IMG/VR virus record: IMGVR_UViG_3300027810_000002
Coordinates: 32,001-96,000 of that record
DNA from: a virus
Reading direction: 5' to 3' (one strand)
DNA: 64,000 nucleotides
Shown here: positions 8,921-18,494 of the stretch, in pieces
How positions within the stretch are numbered: the stretch's first letter is position 1
Layout of the letters: the number at the start of each line of letters is the position of its first letter
Program-made: the position numbers and the translations under genes
The notes under the pieces: generated by a model
The model's database searches: none
What the model was told of the DNA's origin: nothing
Seen by the model: the letters and a program-made list of their open reading frames with translations, nothing else

Positions 8921-9571
8921 TTAGATATGGTTTAAAGTTTGAATATAAGAGTTCAAGAAGTAGGCATCCACCAAGTCATCAAAGGGTTTTGGAATCTTAG
9001 TTGTTTCACCGATTTCATTAACACAAAAAAGAAGGAAGTCAGAGTCTCTAATAATCTCGTCAGTTCCTGTTCCATTTTCAATAAAGACTTTCCATAACTG
9101 AGACTTGTTCATGTTACCTTTACCAGCATGCTTCTTTATTGTTGAAGGTGCTACTGTCTCAATTGTTATTGGATTAAAAGCTTCTAAAATCTTAAGTTTA
9201 AGTATTGCGGCACCAGCTGCCATATCAATGATATTATTAGTTCCTTGCTTTGAGCCGAAACTAGTTCCTTCAAATGCAAAAACAAATTGAGTTTCCCCCT
9301 TTGTAAGATCTTTAATAATTTTAATAATATCGTTTGCTGATGTGATATATCTGTTAATCTTACCTAATTCAACTGAAGAGTATTCTCCAACATTAGTAAA
9401 ATCAGGTTGCTCTTTTAAAATAACATCAGATAGTAATCCCATGTCTTCTTGTAACAGCTGTTGTTTTTTAGTTCCGGATTTCGGTTTTAAATAAGAAATA
9501 AAATGGTAAGTGTCTTTGAAAATACAAACACCTGGTGAATTTAATGAAAAGTCAATTGTTACGTATGTCAT
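8921..9571 (-). CDS. RuvC-like Holliday junction resolvase / RNase H-fold nuclease
   Basis: IDFSLNSPG, AFEG, PSTIKKHAGKGN..K, DDLVDA. Confidence 0.75.
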   Translation of the reverse strand: MTYVTIDFSLNSPGVCIFKDTYHFISYLKPKSGTKKQQLLQEDMGLLSDVILKEQPDFTNVGEYSSVELGKINRYITSANDIIKIIKDLTKGETQFVFAFEGTSFGSKQGTNNIIDMAAGAAILKLKILEAFNPITIETVAPSTIKKHAGKGNMNKSQLWKVFIENGTGTDEIIRDSDFLLFCVNEIGETTKIPKPFDDLVDAYFLNSYIQTLNHI

Positions 9572-9940
9572 TTATAAAGCTTTACCGATAGCAGCACCTA
9601 AAGCGGCTCCGACTAGTCGTGAGGTTAACATATCATAAAATACTCCTTTTTGAATCCCTAATACTTTGGCAATAGTTTTACCAACGGTTTTACCAAGAGC
9701 AAATCCAGTTAATCCTCCAAATATAGAACCAAACATTCCTTCATTAGTCATTTCATCATTAAAAGATTTAATGTCGTAAGAACCATCTTCTAATTGGTAT
9801 TCTTTCGCAAATTCCTCTAATGCCGCATCAACTTTTTCTTCAAGTTCAGTTGTCCATTCAGATTGTAAAGACTCAGTTAATACACTAAGCTCTTTTTCAG
9901 TTATGTCTTGTTCCTTAATTAATTCTAAAAATGTTTTCAT
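9572..9940 (-). CDS. Small tagged protein with acidic N-half and glycine-zipper cationic C-half
   Basis: MKTFLELIKE start; C-terminal GGLTGFALG...GAALGAAIG. Confidence 0.7.
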   Translation of the reverse strand: MKTFLELIKEQDITEKELSVLTESLQSEWTTELEEKVDAALEEFAKEYQLEDGSYDIKSFNDEMTNEGMFGSIFGGLTGFALGKTVGKTIAKVLGIQKGVFYDMLTSRLVGAALGAAIGKAL

Positions 9941-9953
9941 ATAAGTATATATC

Positions 9954-10505
9954 TTAGTCTATTTCTAACTTTAAATTAAATTTGTTATAATAGAAGTTTA
10001 TGGTGAATGTACTAAAATCTGCAATGTTAGAACTCATATTTAATTCTAGTTCAGTAATTGAGTTCATGATTGGTTTTTCAAACACAGCACTCATTACATG
10101 AATTCCTTCTCCATCTAATATTTGTAATTTTAAATCGTCTAAAAAAGGTTTCTTAGTTTGCCTTGCGTAATAATATAAAAGAGTATCTTGCATTATCCAA
10201 TAGTTAATATAACCATCCAGTAATTGCATCTCAATAGTAAATTGTCTTTCTACTGTGTTTTGAATAGGTACTGCTCCTCGATGATATGTTGTTGTTCCGT
10301 CATTTGAAGCCTGTTCAATAGGATCAAAAGATAAACCAGGAATTCCAATTCCTTGTACTGAGTAATTTATAAAATCGATTGGCTCAGTTAATAAATTGCC
10401 AGGAACCCTATTCAGGTAATTTCTATACTTTTCAGCTACTTCTTCCGGTATAAACTTTCTAGGAAATTTAAAATTAAATAAATTATTTCTACTGTTTAAA
10501 ATCAT
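9954..10505 (-). CDS. Tail tube terminator / tail-tube-fold protein (T4 gp3-like)
   Basis: VQGIGIPGLS...LDGYINYWIM...FTINFYY pattern, 183 aa, at the end of the tail operon. Confidence 0.55.
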   Translation of the reverse strand: MILNSRNNLFNFKFPRKFIPEEVAEKYRNYLNRVPGNLLTEPIDFINYSVQGIGIPGLSFDPIEQASNDGTTTYHRGAVPIQNTVERQFTIEMQLLDGYINYWIMQDTLLYYYARQTKKPFLDDLKLQILDGEGIHVMSAVFEKPIMNSITELELNMSSNIADFSTFTINFYYNKFNLKLEID

Positions 10506-12565
10506 TATATGATATTTACTTTTCCGTAATATAATAAAGACTCTGTGTCTCCATTCTTTAGGTTAATATAAAATTTGTCAGGAAATATGTTCGTGTCCTT
10601 TTGATCAAATCTACTTGCAATGGCTTTAGATACTTTAAATAAAACTTCACCTTTTCCTAAATCTATATCTGGAAAATTAGGATCATGATATACTTGTTGT
10701 TCTCTCGATCCACTCTTAATAATAAGAATAATATCGTCAGCGTTTACTAAACTAATAGATTCTATATCATTTCCCTTTGGTCTTCCAATGCTAAATTTAA
10801 CAAAGTTGTCTGAAACCTTTGAAAGAGTGATTATTGTTTCTCCTTCTGGCTGGTAATTTATTTCGCTAATTGATCTTGCTTCAGTAGCTTCTAAGGTTAC
10901 ATTTGTAGAACCTGCTAAAATTCCGTAAGTATCTAAAGCAACCGGTACGTATTTTGTTTCTCCGATTGCAGGTCTTATTGAATTAACAAATTGATTTAAT
11001 TCTCTATTAACTTGCGTGTTTGCTAATTTATTATAAACGACGGTTGGTGTTAAATTGTCGCTTAAATTAATTCTACTCATTCTTTTTCCATACTTCTTAG
11101 GCTTGTTATAAACTAAAGAAGCAATCTTTAATATTTGAGTATTATCTGTTTCATTATAAATTCTCATACTAACAGTTAGCAAAAAGTTACTTGATACTGC
11201 TGAGTTTAAAATTACAGGTCTATATATAATAGGCTCGTCGTAATTTGCTATTTGAGAAAAAGATGTTCTATATGTACTTACATAATTTAATCCTAGTTGT
11301 TCACTAACCTCTACGTCGTAAAAAACTGTAATATCATCACCAGAACTTTGAAGTCTTCCATTAATATAATTTTCAAATCCGGAAGTTGATCCGTCTTTTG
11401 TTCCGTATATCTCAAAATAATCACCAGCGTTTGACTCTTGTAATGTAACTGCAATATCTACAAATTCATCTTCACTAGAAAGTGTTAACTCTCTAGAATC
11501 AGATATTTCTATATAGTCATATCCATTTACTGTCTTTACTGTTTCAATTAAATTTAATTTAATTTCATAGTTAGCTGCATCATCTACCGATTGTTGACCT
11601 GTTCCGAAAAAAGAATCGTTAAACTCTTTATTTTTTGCAGGGTCATTCATGTATACTAATGAAGGAACCTTTATTTCTATGTATTTTGAAAAAGAACTAT
11701 CAGAAAGTGTAAATGGCTTAGGGTTTTGAATTTCAAAACTAGAAGAGTTTAAATAAACTAAAGAAGTAAAATAATTATATTCTCCATCAGCTTCTTTTCT
11801 TGCCTTTACTTGAAAGTTAAAACCTTCATATCCTCTTCCACTAAAAGAATATCCTGTTCTTAAGTGAAGTCTTATAGTATCGTACCATACTGCTTGTACA
11901 TTATTAGTAGGGACTACTGTTAAACTACTAGATGGATCTCCTGCCCATTCATTTGAATCTAAATAATCTAATCCATTATTTAATAAAGCCAATACACTGC
12001 CATTACTAGTAGGTACTGCATAATATCTGCCTCCTTCTCCGGGAGCAGTCTTAATAGTATTACCTGTTTCTTGTAGAGGTCTAGCGTATAAAGAATTTGC
12101 TCTTTCTCCAACTACTATATTTCCTCCAACTAAAACTTCTCCTGCTAAATCATTATATGTATATTCGTATGAACCATTTGTATTAGGTGTGAAAGTTACA
12201 ATTCCGCTTATTGGTGATTGTTGAATTCCATTAATATAAAATCCATTAATATTATCTATACTAGGATCATTTAGATCAAACTTATATGTTAATCCATTCT
12301 TAACTAGTAATTCTCGTGCTGCGAAATTATTAACATAAATATATCCGTTTGCTACGTTAACTGTAAAATTAACAACATCAGATCCTAATTCATGAATTAA
12401 CATTCTAGGTGCCGTGTTGCTTCCTGCTACTGTGTTTAAGTACTTCAGCTGACTTCCGTTATCATCGTTCTCGATTTCCACTAAATCAGGTGCACTTTGA
12501 TCATTGTAGATAAATTCTAATAGAATATCCTCGTCTAATCTTGCAAACTTTGATGATTGTGCCAT
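10505..12565 (-). CDS. Putative virion structural protein
   Basis: 686 aa, beta-rich, translationally coupled within the tail operon. Confidence 0.55.
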   Translation of the reverse strand: MAQSSKFARLDEDILLEFIYNDQSAPDLVEIENDDNGSQLKYLNTVAGSNTAPRMLIHELGSDVVNFTVNVANGYIYVNNFAARELLVKNGLTYKFDLNDPSIDNINGFYINGIQQSPISGIVTFTPNTNGSYEYTYNDLAGEVLVGGNIVVGERANSLYARPLQETGNTIKTAPGEGGRYYAVPTSNGSVLALLNNGLDYLDSNEWAGDPSSSLTVVPTNNVQAVWYDTIRLHLRTGYSFSGRGYEGFNFQVKARKEADGEYNYFTSLVYLNSSSFEIQNPKPFTLSDSSFSKYIEIKVPSLVYMNDPAKNKEFNDSFFGTGQQSVDDAANYEIKLNLIETVKTVNGYDYIEISDSRELTLSSEDEFVDIAVTLQESNAGDYFEIYGTKDGSTSGFENYINGRLQSSGDDITVFYDVEVSEQLGLNYVSTYRTSFSQIANYDEPIIYRPVILNSAVSSNFLLTVSMRIYNETDNTQILKIASLVYNKPKKYGKRMSRINLSDNLTPTVVYNKLANTQVNRELNQFVNSIRPAIGETKYVPVALDTYGILAGSTNVTLEATEARSISEINYQPEGETIITLSKVSDNFVKFSIGRPKGNDIESISLVNADDIILIIKSGSREQQVYHDPNFPDIDLGKGEVLFKVSKAIASRFDQKDTNIFPDKFYINLKNGDTESLLYYGKVNII

Positions 12566-12580
12566 TTTCTTTTTATTATT

Positions 12581-13378
12581 TTAAAATTTTAACCAAGCCG
12601 GTGAATAATAAACGCCGATCCCAATTGAAGGCCCTGTGCTTATTACTTGGTTGTTATTTAAATTGATTCCGTATCCGAAACCAACTCCAATTGACCAACC
12701 TGCTTTTTTATTATATGTTTGATTTAATTTATCATTAACTATATTAATATTTTCAATCGAAGTAAAATTTAAACCAGGATATGGAGTTGTAATTCTTAAA
12801 ACTTCTCTTCCTTCCTCTAAAACTAATGCAGTTGTTAAACTAATACCTTGATTAAAATCAAACCTAGAGGATTTAATAGTAAACATTGAATCTAATTTTG
12901 TTAGTTTCAATTCTCCAGTAAACTCTCTGTAATTATATTTATCCCAGTTTTTATTGTCACTAAAATTAAAAGTAACAGTGTCTTCACTTTGTGAAACTGC
13001 CACGTTTGAATTTAAAATCGAATCTTTGATAGTTAAATCAGTTGAGATTAATGTGTTTATATTTTCAAGTTTTGTTTTTTCTTTAAGTACCCTGTTATAT
13101 CTATTTAACAAATTAGATTTATCAGACTCTAAAACCTCAACGTCGTATTCAAATGAAGTTATTCTAGAAACTAGTTGCCCGCTTTTATTTTTCTCTACTA
13201 AGATCGAATCCTGTGCCGCTTTATAGTTATTAAAATTTCTATCTGCAATCTTTTCAGTACTTTGTAAATCTTCTTTAAGGTTTGAAATTTGATTACACTG
13301 TTTTAAAACTAATAAAACGACAATAGCGATTCCTATGAATCGCAATAATGTCTTATTATTTAATATATTTTTTATCAT
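12581..13378 (-). CDS. Membrane-anchored coiled-coil protein with C-terminal amphipathic beta-hairpin (spanin-like candidate)
   Basis: N-terminal hydrophobic helix ending LKQC, coiled coil, GWSIGVGFGYG...GPSIGIGVYYSP, terminal F. Confidence 0.55.
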   Translation of the reverse strand: MIKNILNNKTLLRFIGIAIVVLLVLKQCNQISNLKEDLQSTEKIADRNFNNYKAAQDSILVEKNKSGQLVSRITSFEYDVEVLESDKSNLLNRYNRVLKEKTKLENINTLISTDLTIKDSILNSNVAVSQSEDTVTFNFSDNKNWDKYNYREFTGELKLTKLDSMFTIKSSRFDFNQGISLTTALVLEEGREVLRITTPYPGLNFTSIENINIVNDKLNQTYNKKAGWSIGVGFGYGINLNNNQVISTGPSIGIGVYYSPAWLKF

Positions 13379-13381
13379 TAT

Positions 13382-15874
13382 TTAATATATTTTTGAAAGC
13401 AATTGGACTTCGTTATTCGCTCCTGGTCCGTTTCCGGTTCCAAAGTAATAGTTTAGTTGTAAAACCCAATTACCACCACTAGGTATACTGGTAATATCCC
13501 ATGTTATATCAATGCTAGCCCCGGGCTGTATTGTGAAGACTGTAACGCTATAGTCTGTATTAGTATTTCCATTGTTAAGAGACTGGTTACCTGTACTTAC
13601 AAATTGCTGCTGAATACTTGAACTTGCGCTCGGTTGGTACGCTATACTAGCGCTTACACTACTTCCTGAAATTCCGGTAGAATCAACACCTTTTAATCTA
13701 ATGTTAACTTGTTGATCTGTATCATTCTCGATATACCAGTGTCGGTTTGGCTCATTTATCTGACCTACATACTTTTGACCGTAATTAGTACTGTTCCATG
13801 TGTTATTACCACCAGTCCATCCTGTTGAGTACCTAACATACGGTTTAGTTTCATACGATGCAATGCCTGAGACATTAATAGTAGTACTATCAGTTGTTCC
13901 TCCAGTCACAGAACTTGAATCTGCAAAATCGTTATCTTGTATATTTATTTCTAGTTTCACTGCATCTGTGTTTGTAACAGGTACAAGGCCATCGACTGTT
14001 CTATATGTGTGATTTAATACTGTTAAATCGGCAGTTCCAGAAGTAGCAGACCCTCTTGGGGTACCACTTCCTCTATATGTATATGGCAAGGTTGGTGTTT
14101 TACTAATATCAAAGTATTTACCGGAAGGTGCCGTTAATGTAAACGTTGAAAGGTTTACTGTATCTCCTGGTGTGGCAGTTTTATTTTGTGATGTAGGGCT
14201 TGCTGTCCATGAACCACTTGATGGGTTTAACTGATATGTATTTGTTCGTGTTGCTATTGCGCTAATATGACCTGTAGAATCATATGTTAATGATACAGTC
14301 CCTCCCTGTGGTTGAGCACTTACAGTAACATTTATAGTAATGTCCTGTGTTGGTAGTGATCCTGAAAGATTTGAAACTGTAGAAGACGATACTGGTCCTC
14401 CTATCGCATCAGCAGATACGGTTGGTAAAGTATTCCATTCATATCCATTAGGCGCTGCTACGTTAACTGAGAACGAGAATGATGATCCTTCAACCTGCGT
14501 CTTTATTTCATTAATTGTTGTTAATCCTCCAACTCCTTCGTTTGAATCTGTAAATCTATATGTTACCGCTACTGGCGCAGATTGATTAGTACCTTTATCA
14601 TGCCAGAATAAATCTTCAGTTCCTAAATAAACTATTTGCGGTAATCTTTTTAAGACGAAAGTAGTTCCTGCACTATCAGACGTTATTGATTGAGTTGATG
14701 TTGATATTGTTGGTGTTGTTACTGTATATGTTGGAGATGAATATGCCGCTAACATTGATATATTAGCACCTCCTATTATATTTGTTTCTGTGTTCGTAAC
14801 AGATGCATCTCCCTGGCTGTCAGAGTCAATTGTTGCTGGATTCTCATCAATACTATATGAAAAAGAATTTAAATCCTCTGTTTGATACGAAAGATAAGCT
14901 TGTACTGCTGGGTTAAGATTGTTTACCCATTCTTGACCATTACATAAATACCATCCCGCGAAATTATTAATACCTGATCCTACTCTAATTTGAATAGGTT
15001 CATCTGAGGGTGCAGTGACTGCTGTCTCGGTTAGTATAAAATTAGAATTAGTAAAGAAAGCAGGATCAACTGAAACAATAGTTCCAATTGGTACTACTCC
15101 TCCGATTTCATCAACAGATTTAAAATCTATTGTTCCATCAGTATCTCCTGAAACTGCGATTTTACCAACGTCAGGTGCCGATACGGTACCTCCTATTTTT
15201 AAACTATTATAAACATTAACAGGTTGATTAAATCTAGATTCAGTATTAACTACTAATCCATTAGTGTTATCAAGTTCCATGATAGGTAGAACTGATTGTT
15301 CACTATGCCAAATCCATTTATCAGCGTATTGATGTACTATATAATCTACTGACGTAGATCCAACAGGTCTAAACCCCGTTGTCATTCTTTTTGCTGGTGT
15401 GCCGTCCGGCTGTGTCGTATTTGATAATCTGTAATAAAATGCAGGGCCCTCTCCTTCTGATCTTAACTCTAAGTTGTTTTCAATAACCGAGTCTTTATTA
15501 ATTAAAAGAGAAGCATCTGATTGTCCTCCGCTAAGATAAAATGGATCATTTGATCTGTACCCTATTGCAATGGTAGGTGGATTTGCATCATTAGAATCAT
15601 GTACCGGTAGGATGGTTTTTGAACTAGAACCTAGGTTCTCTTGCCAAATGTCATCTCCGCCGTCCCCTGGTTCTCCTGGAATACCTTGATCTCCTGCAAC
15701 TCCAGTATCTCCCTGGTGTCCAGTTAATCCTTGATAACCAGTAGCGCCCGGTGCTCCTGTATTTCCTATTGGCCCTCCGCCATTGGCAACAATTTGATCA
15801 AAGTTATAATTAACTTTGTCTAATTTTATTATATCATTATCTATTAGCGATATTTGTTTTAAATTGATTGCCAT
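13382..15874 (-). CDS. Tail fibre protein with collagen repeat and tail-collar-like domain
   Basis: G-X-Y run near the N-terminus, VPIGTIV...GWYLCNGQ, Ser/Thr-rich C-terminal domains. Confidence 0.75.
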   Translation of the reverse strand: MAINLKQISLIDNDIIKLDKVNYNFDQIVANGGGPIGNTGAPGATGYQGLTGHQGDTGVAGDQGIPGEPGDGGDDIWQENLGSSSKTILPVHDSNDANPPTIAIGYRSNDPFYLSGGQSDASLLINKDSVIENNLELRSEGEGPAFYYRLSNTTQPDGTPAKRMTTGFRPVGSTSVDYIVHQYADKWIWHSEQSVLPIMELDNTNGLVVNTESRFNQPVNVYNSLKIGGTVSAPDVGKIAVSGDTDGTIDFKSVDEIGGVVPIGTIVSVDPAFFTNSNFILTETAVTAPSDEPIQIRVGSGINNFAGWYLCNGQEWVNNLNPAVQAYLSYQTEDLNSFSYSIDENPATIDSDSQGDASVTNTETNIIGGANISMLAAYSSPTYTVTTPTISTSTQSITSDSAGTTFVLKRLPQIVYLGTEDLFWHDKGTNQSAPVAVTYRFTDSNEGVGGLTTINEIKTQVEGSSFSFSVNVAAPNGYEWNTLPTVSADAIGGPVSSSTVSNLSGSLPTQDITINVTVSAQPQGGTVSLTYDSTGHISAIATRTNTYQLNPSSGSWTASPTSQNKTATPGDTVNLSTFTLTAPSGKYFDISKTPTLPYTYRGSGTPRGSATSGTADLTVLNHTYRTVDGLVPVTNTDAVKLEINIQDNDFADSSSVTGGTTDSTTINVSGIASYETKPYVRYSTGWTGGNNTWNSTNYGQKYVGQINEPNRHWYIENDTDQQVNIRLKGVDSTGISGSSVSASIAYQPSASSSIQQQFVSTGNQSLNNGNTNTDYSVTVFTIQPGASIDITWDITSIPSGGNWVLQLNYYFGTGNGPGANNEVQLLSKIY

Positions 15875-15927
15875 CTTTAAATTTAATTTATTTTATATTC
15901 TATATATTCTTTTTATATTACTGGTTG

Positions 15928-18489
15928 TTATCCAATAGCATTAAACGTACTCATTATTGAATCATCCGACGATTTGTGTAATCTAATGTATAATTCCATA
16001 TCATAATCGTCTTCATTACCAAGCGAATTGAGTGTGTAGTTTAGGTTGGTTGCTACACCTTGAGAATTTAAAGTAAAATTCGTACCATTTCTCCATGTAC
16101 CATCTTCTTGATTAATCGGACTAGTCGAAGCTCCAGTTATTCCTGGACCACTAATAGTTATTGATCCTTCAAATGCGTCACTTGAATATACTCTCCAACT
16201 ATAATAATATTGATTAGTATCTCCAGCTTGTCCATTTACCGTAATGTAGTATAGTGTATCTAGATCGTCTCCGTTGTCTGACGTAGACATTTGAGGTGCT
16301 GATATACAGCTAGCTACCCCTGGATCATTTGTAATTTTAGAGTTAAATGTTAAGGTACCTCTCTCACCTGATATACCATCGTAAAGCTGCTGCCATGTGT
16401 TCGAGGATCCTGGTCTATTTTGGCTACTTATACTAACTAAATTACTTCTACCAATATTTGCACTTGTATTAGATACCCATCCGTCATTAACTAATACAAC
16501 AGGACCCTGGTCCTCTAAAAACTGCAACCTATTCGACGTTGGAACAGTATTATTTGATGAACCATAGTATATGTCGATTGCCGCGTTATTAGCACTACAT
16601 GCGCCAGTACCGAGGCTTTCATATGGTATCATTTTTCCAACGTAGTGCATGTAGTCCAGCGCCGTTCGATATTGAACTACTGTACCGTTCCAATAAGCTC
16701 TATACCATGCGCTTTGGCCAAGTTCTGCTGATCTATACCAGCCAGCTGGCGGTGATGTTCCGTCTGCATTTTTAATTATGTAAGCAAATTTAAATGTAGT
16801 GGCACTAGCACCATTAGCGTCTTCAATTAGATAACCATTAGACCCTGTTGAAGGCGGTTGTGTCCAGTTTAAATCCCTAACATCTTGTTTATAAAGTAAT
16901 TCATATGTATCTAACTGTAAACAGATTTGAACGTCAGTCCATGCAGTACCGCTCCACTCCCTTGCTGTTGAGTCTTTTTCATACCAACCTGCAGATGCTA
17001 GTGATCCATTTAGATACAACTGTGTTCCTGTAATTCCGCTACCACCATTGCCAGTTATCCAATTTACATCAATACCTGTCCACATATAATCATTTATAAA
17101 TGTAGTAGTACATGCAGCAGCTGCAGTGTTTGATACCTCTGATAGTGTAATAGGTTCTGTAGTTACAGATGTAGATGGTTCTGACTTCCATTGTAATGTA
17201 GGTTCTCCTAAATTAATAATATGTACCATTTTAGAATGTTCATATGAACCATTCTGTTGTCTCGACGCAGGTTGATTAAAGTTAATTGAAGAATCCGACG
17301 TTACAATATTAATTGTTTCTATATCGTATGCTCCACTTGATGAAATATAATTTGCTCGAACTTGTAAACTAGCTCCACCAATTAGTATCTGTGAGTTGTC
17401 CCCTCCATTAATTATAGCAGGTTGCCCTGTTGTTTCGTTGATATTATTTCCATTGTTACTATCAATATTAAAAGTAAAAGAATTTAAATTAGGAACATCG
17501 TGTGATGTAATACCCTGTTCCCATACTTGCCCGTTACATAAGTACCATCCTTCGAATGGAGTGTCTACTCTACCTCTACCTTGGTTATTTAATAATAATC
17601 CGTTTGGTTCAGTTTCTGGGTTTCCATTTAAATTAAAATTAGCATTATTGAAATGCTCTTCTTGTATTGACATAATAGATCCAATAGGTAATGCACCAAA
17701 AACTTCGTATTTACTTTTCCAAATTACAGTCCCATCAGTATCTGTTGACACTATAACTTTATTAGGTCCTTCATTAGTAACCAGTCTTAAACTGCTATAT
17801 GTTTCAACAGGTCGATTAAAATCTGTTTTAATACCTGATGTAACTAAATCACTTGTAAAAGATAATCCAGTAGGGATTTGATCAAATGAATTTTCTTTAC
17901 CTATAAATATTCTGTTAATTGAGTGTATAGTACCTCCTATATTTTGTACAATATGAAAGTCTGATGCTCCTAAAAAATCTCCAACAGTCAACTCATTACC
18001 GGCAAGGGAATGTGGGGCTGTTGTTGCACCTCCTCCTTCATAATCTAATGCAAAGTTAGGTCTATTGATTTCTCCATAAAAAACAGCAGCAGTTGAGTTA
18101 GGCCCATCAAATGGTAATGAAGTATAATAATCACTATTACTTTGATTTTTTTTACCTGTTATAAGACCTACTGCTGAAAATTCAATACCTTGCATTCTAG
18201 TAGGTAATAACGTTATACCATCAGACGTGCTGTTAATTTTCCATATTGAATTAGCAGGAGTTCCTTCTAACCCCTGTTCCCCTCGCGGTCCTTGTACTCC
18301 TTCATATCCTTGAGTTCCTTGTAATCCTGTTAAACCAGGAGTACCTTGGTGACCTGTTGGTCCGGGCATTCCTCCTTTTTGTAGTTGGCCAAAGTTAAAA
18401 TTGAGTTTATCTACTTTATCCTTTGCCCACCAATTCAAACTGTTAGGATCTAAATCACTCTTAAATATTTCTTTAATATTTATTGACAT
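15928..18489 (-). CDS. Tail fibre protein, paralogue of 13382-15874
   Basis: Collagen G-X-Y run, LPIGSIM...GWYLCNGQ...VPNLNSF. Confidence 0.75.
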   Translation of the reverse strand: MSINIKEIFKSDLDPNSLNWWAKDKVDKLNFNFGQLQKGGMPGPTGHQGTPGLTGLQGTQGYEGVQGPRGEQGLEGTPANSIWKINSTSDGITLLPTRMQGIEFSAVGLITGKKNQSNSDYYTSLPFDGPNSTAAVFYGEINRPNFALDYEGGGATTAPHSLAGNELTVGDFLGASDFHIVQNIGGTIHSINRIFIGKENSFDQIPTGLSFTSDLVTSGIKTDFNRPVETYSSLRLVTNEGPNKVIVSTDTDGTVIWKSKYEVFGALPIGSIMSIQEEHFNNANFNLNGNPETEPNGLLLNNQGRGRVDTPFEGWYLCNGQVWEQGITSHDVPNLNSFTFNIDSNNGNNINETTGQPAIINGGDNSQILIGGASLQVRANYISSSGAYDIETINIVTSDSSINFNQPASRQQNGSYEHSKMVHIINLGEPTLQWKSEPSTSVTTEPITLSEVSNTAAAACTTTFINDYMWTGIDVNWITGNGGSGITGTQLYLNGSLASAGWYEKDSTAREWSGTAWTDVQICLQLDTYELLYKQDVRDLNWTQPPSTGSNGYLIEDANGASATTFKFAYIIKNADGTSPPAGWYRSAELGQSAWYRAYWNGTVVQYRTALDYMHYVGKMIPYESLGTGACSANNAAIDIYYGSSNNTVPTSNRLQFLEDQGPVVLVNDGWVSNTSANIGRSNLVSISSQNRPGSSNTWQQLYDGISGERGTLTFNSKITNDPGVASCISAPQMSTSDNGDDLDTLYYITVNGQAGDTNQYYYSWRVYSSDAFEGSITISGPGITGASTSPINQEDGTWRNGTNFTLNSQGVATNLNYTLNSLGNEDDYDMELYIRLHKSSDDSIMSTFNAIG

Positions 18490-18494
18490 GTTGG

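Noticed and set aside
13382-18489. Diversity-generating retroelement or invertible tail-fibre switch
   Set aside because: No reverse transcriptase, invertase, template/variable repeat pair or flanking inverted repeats are visible.
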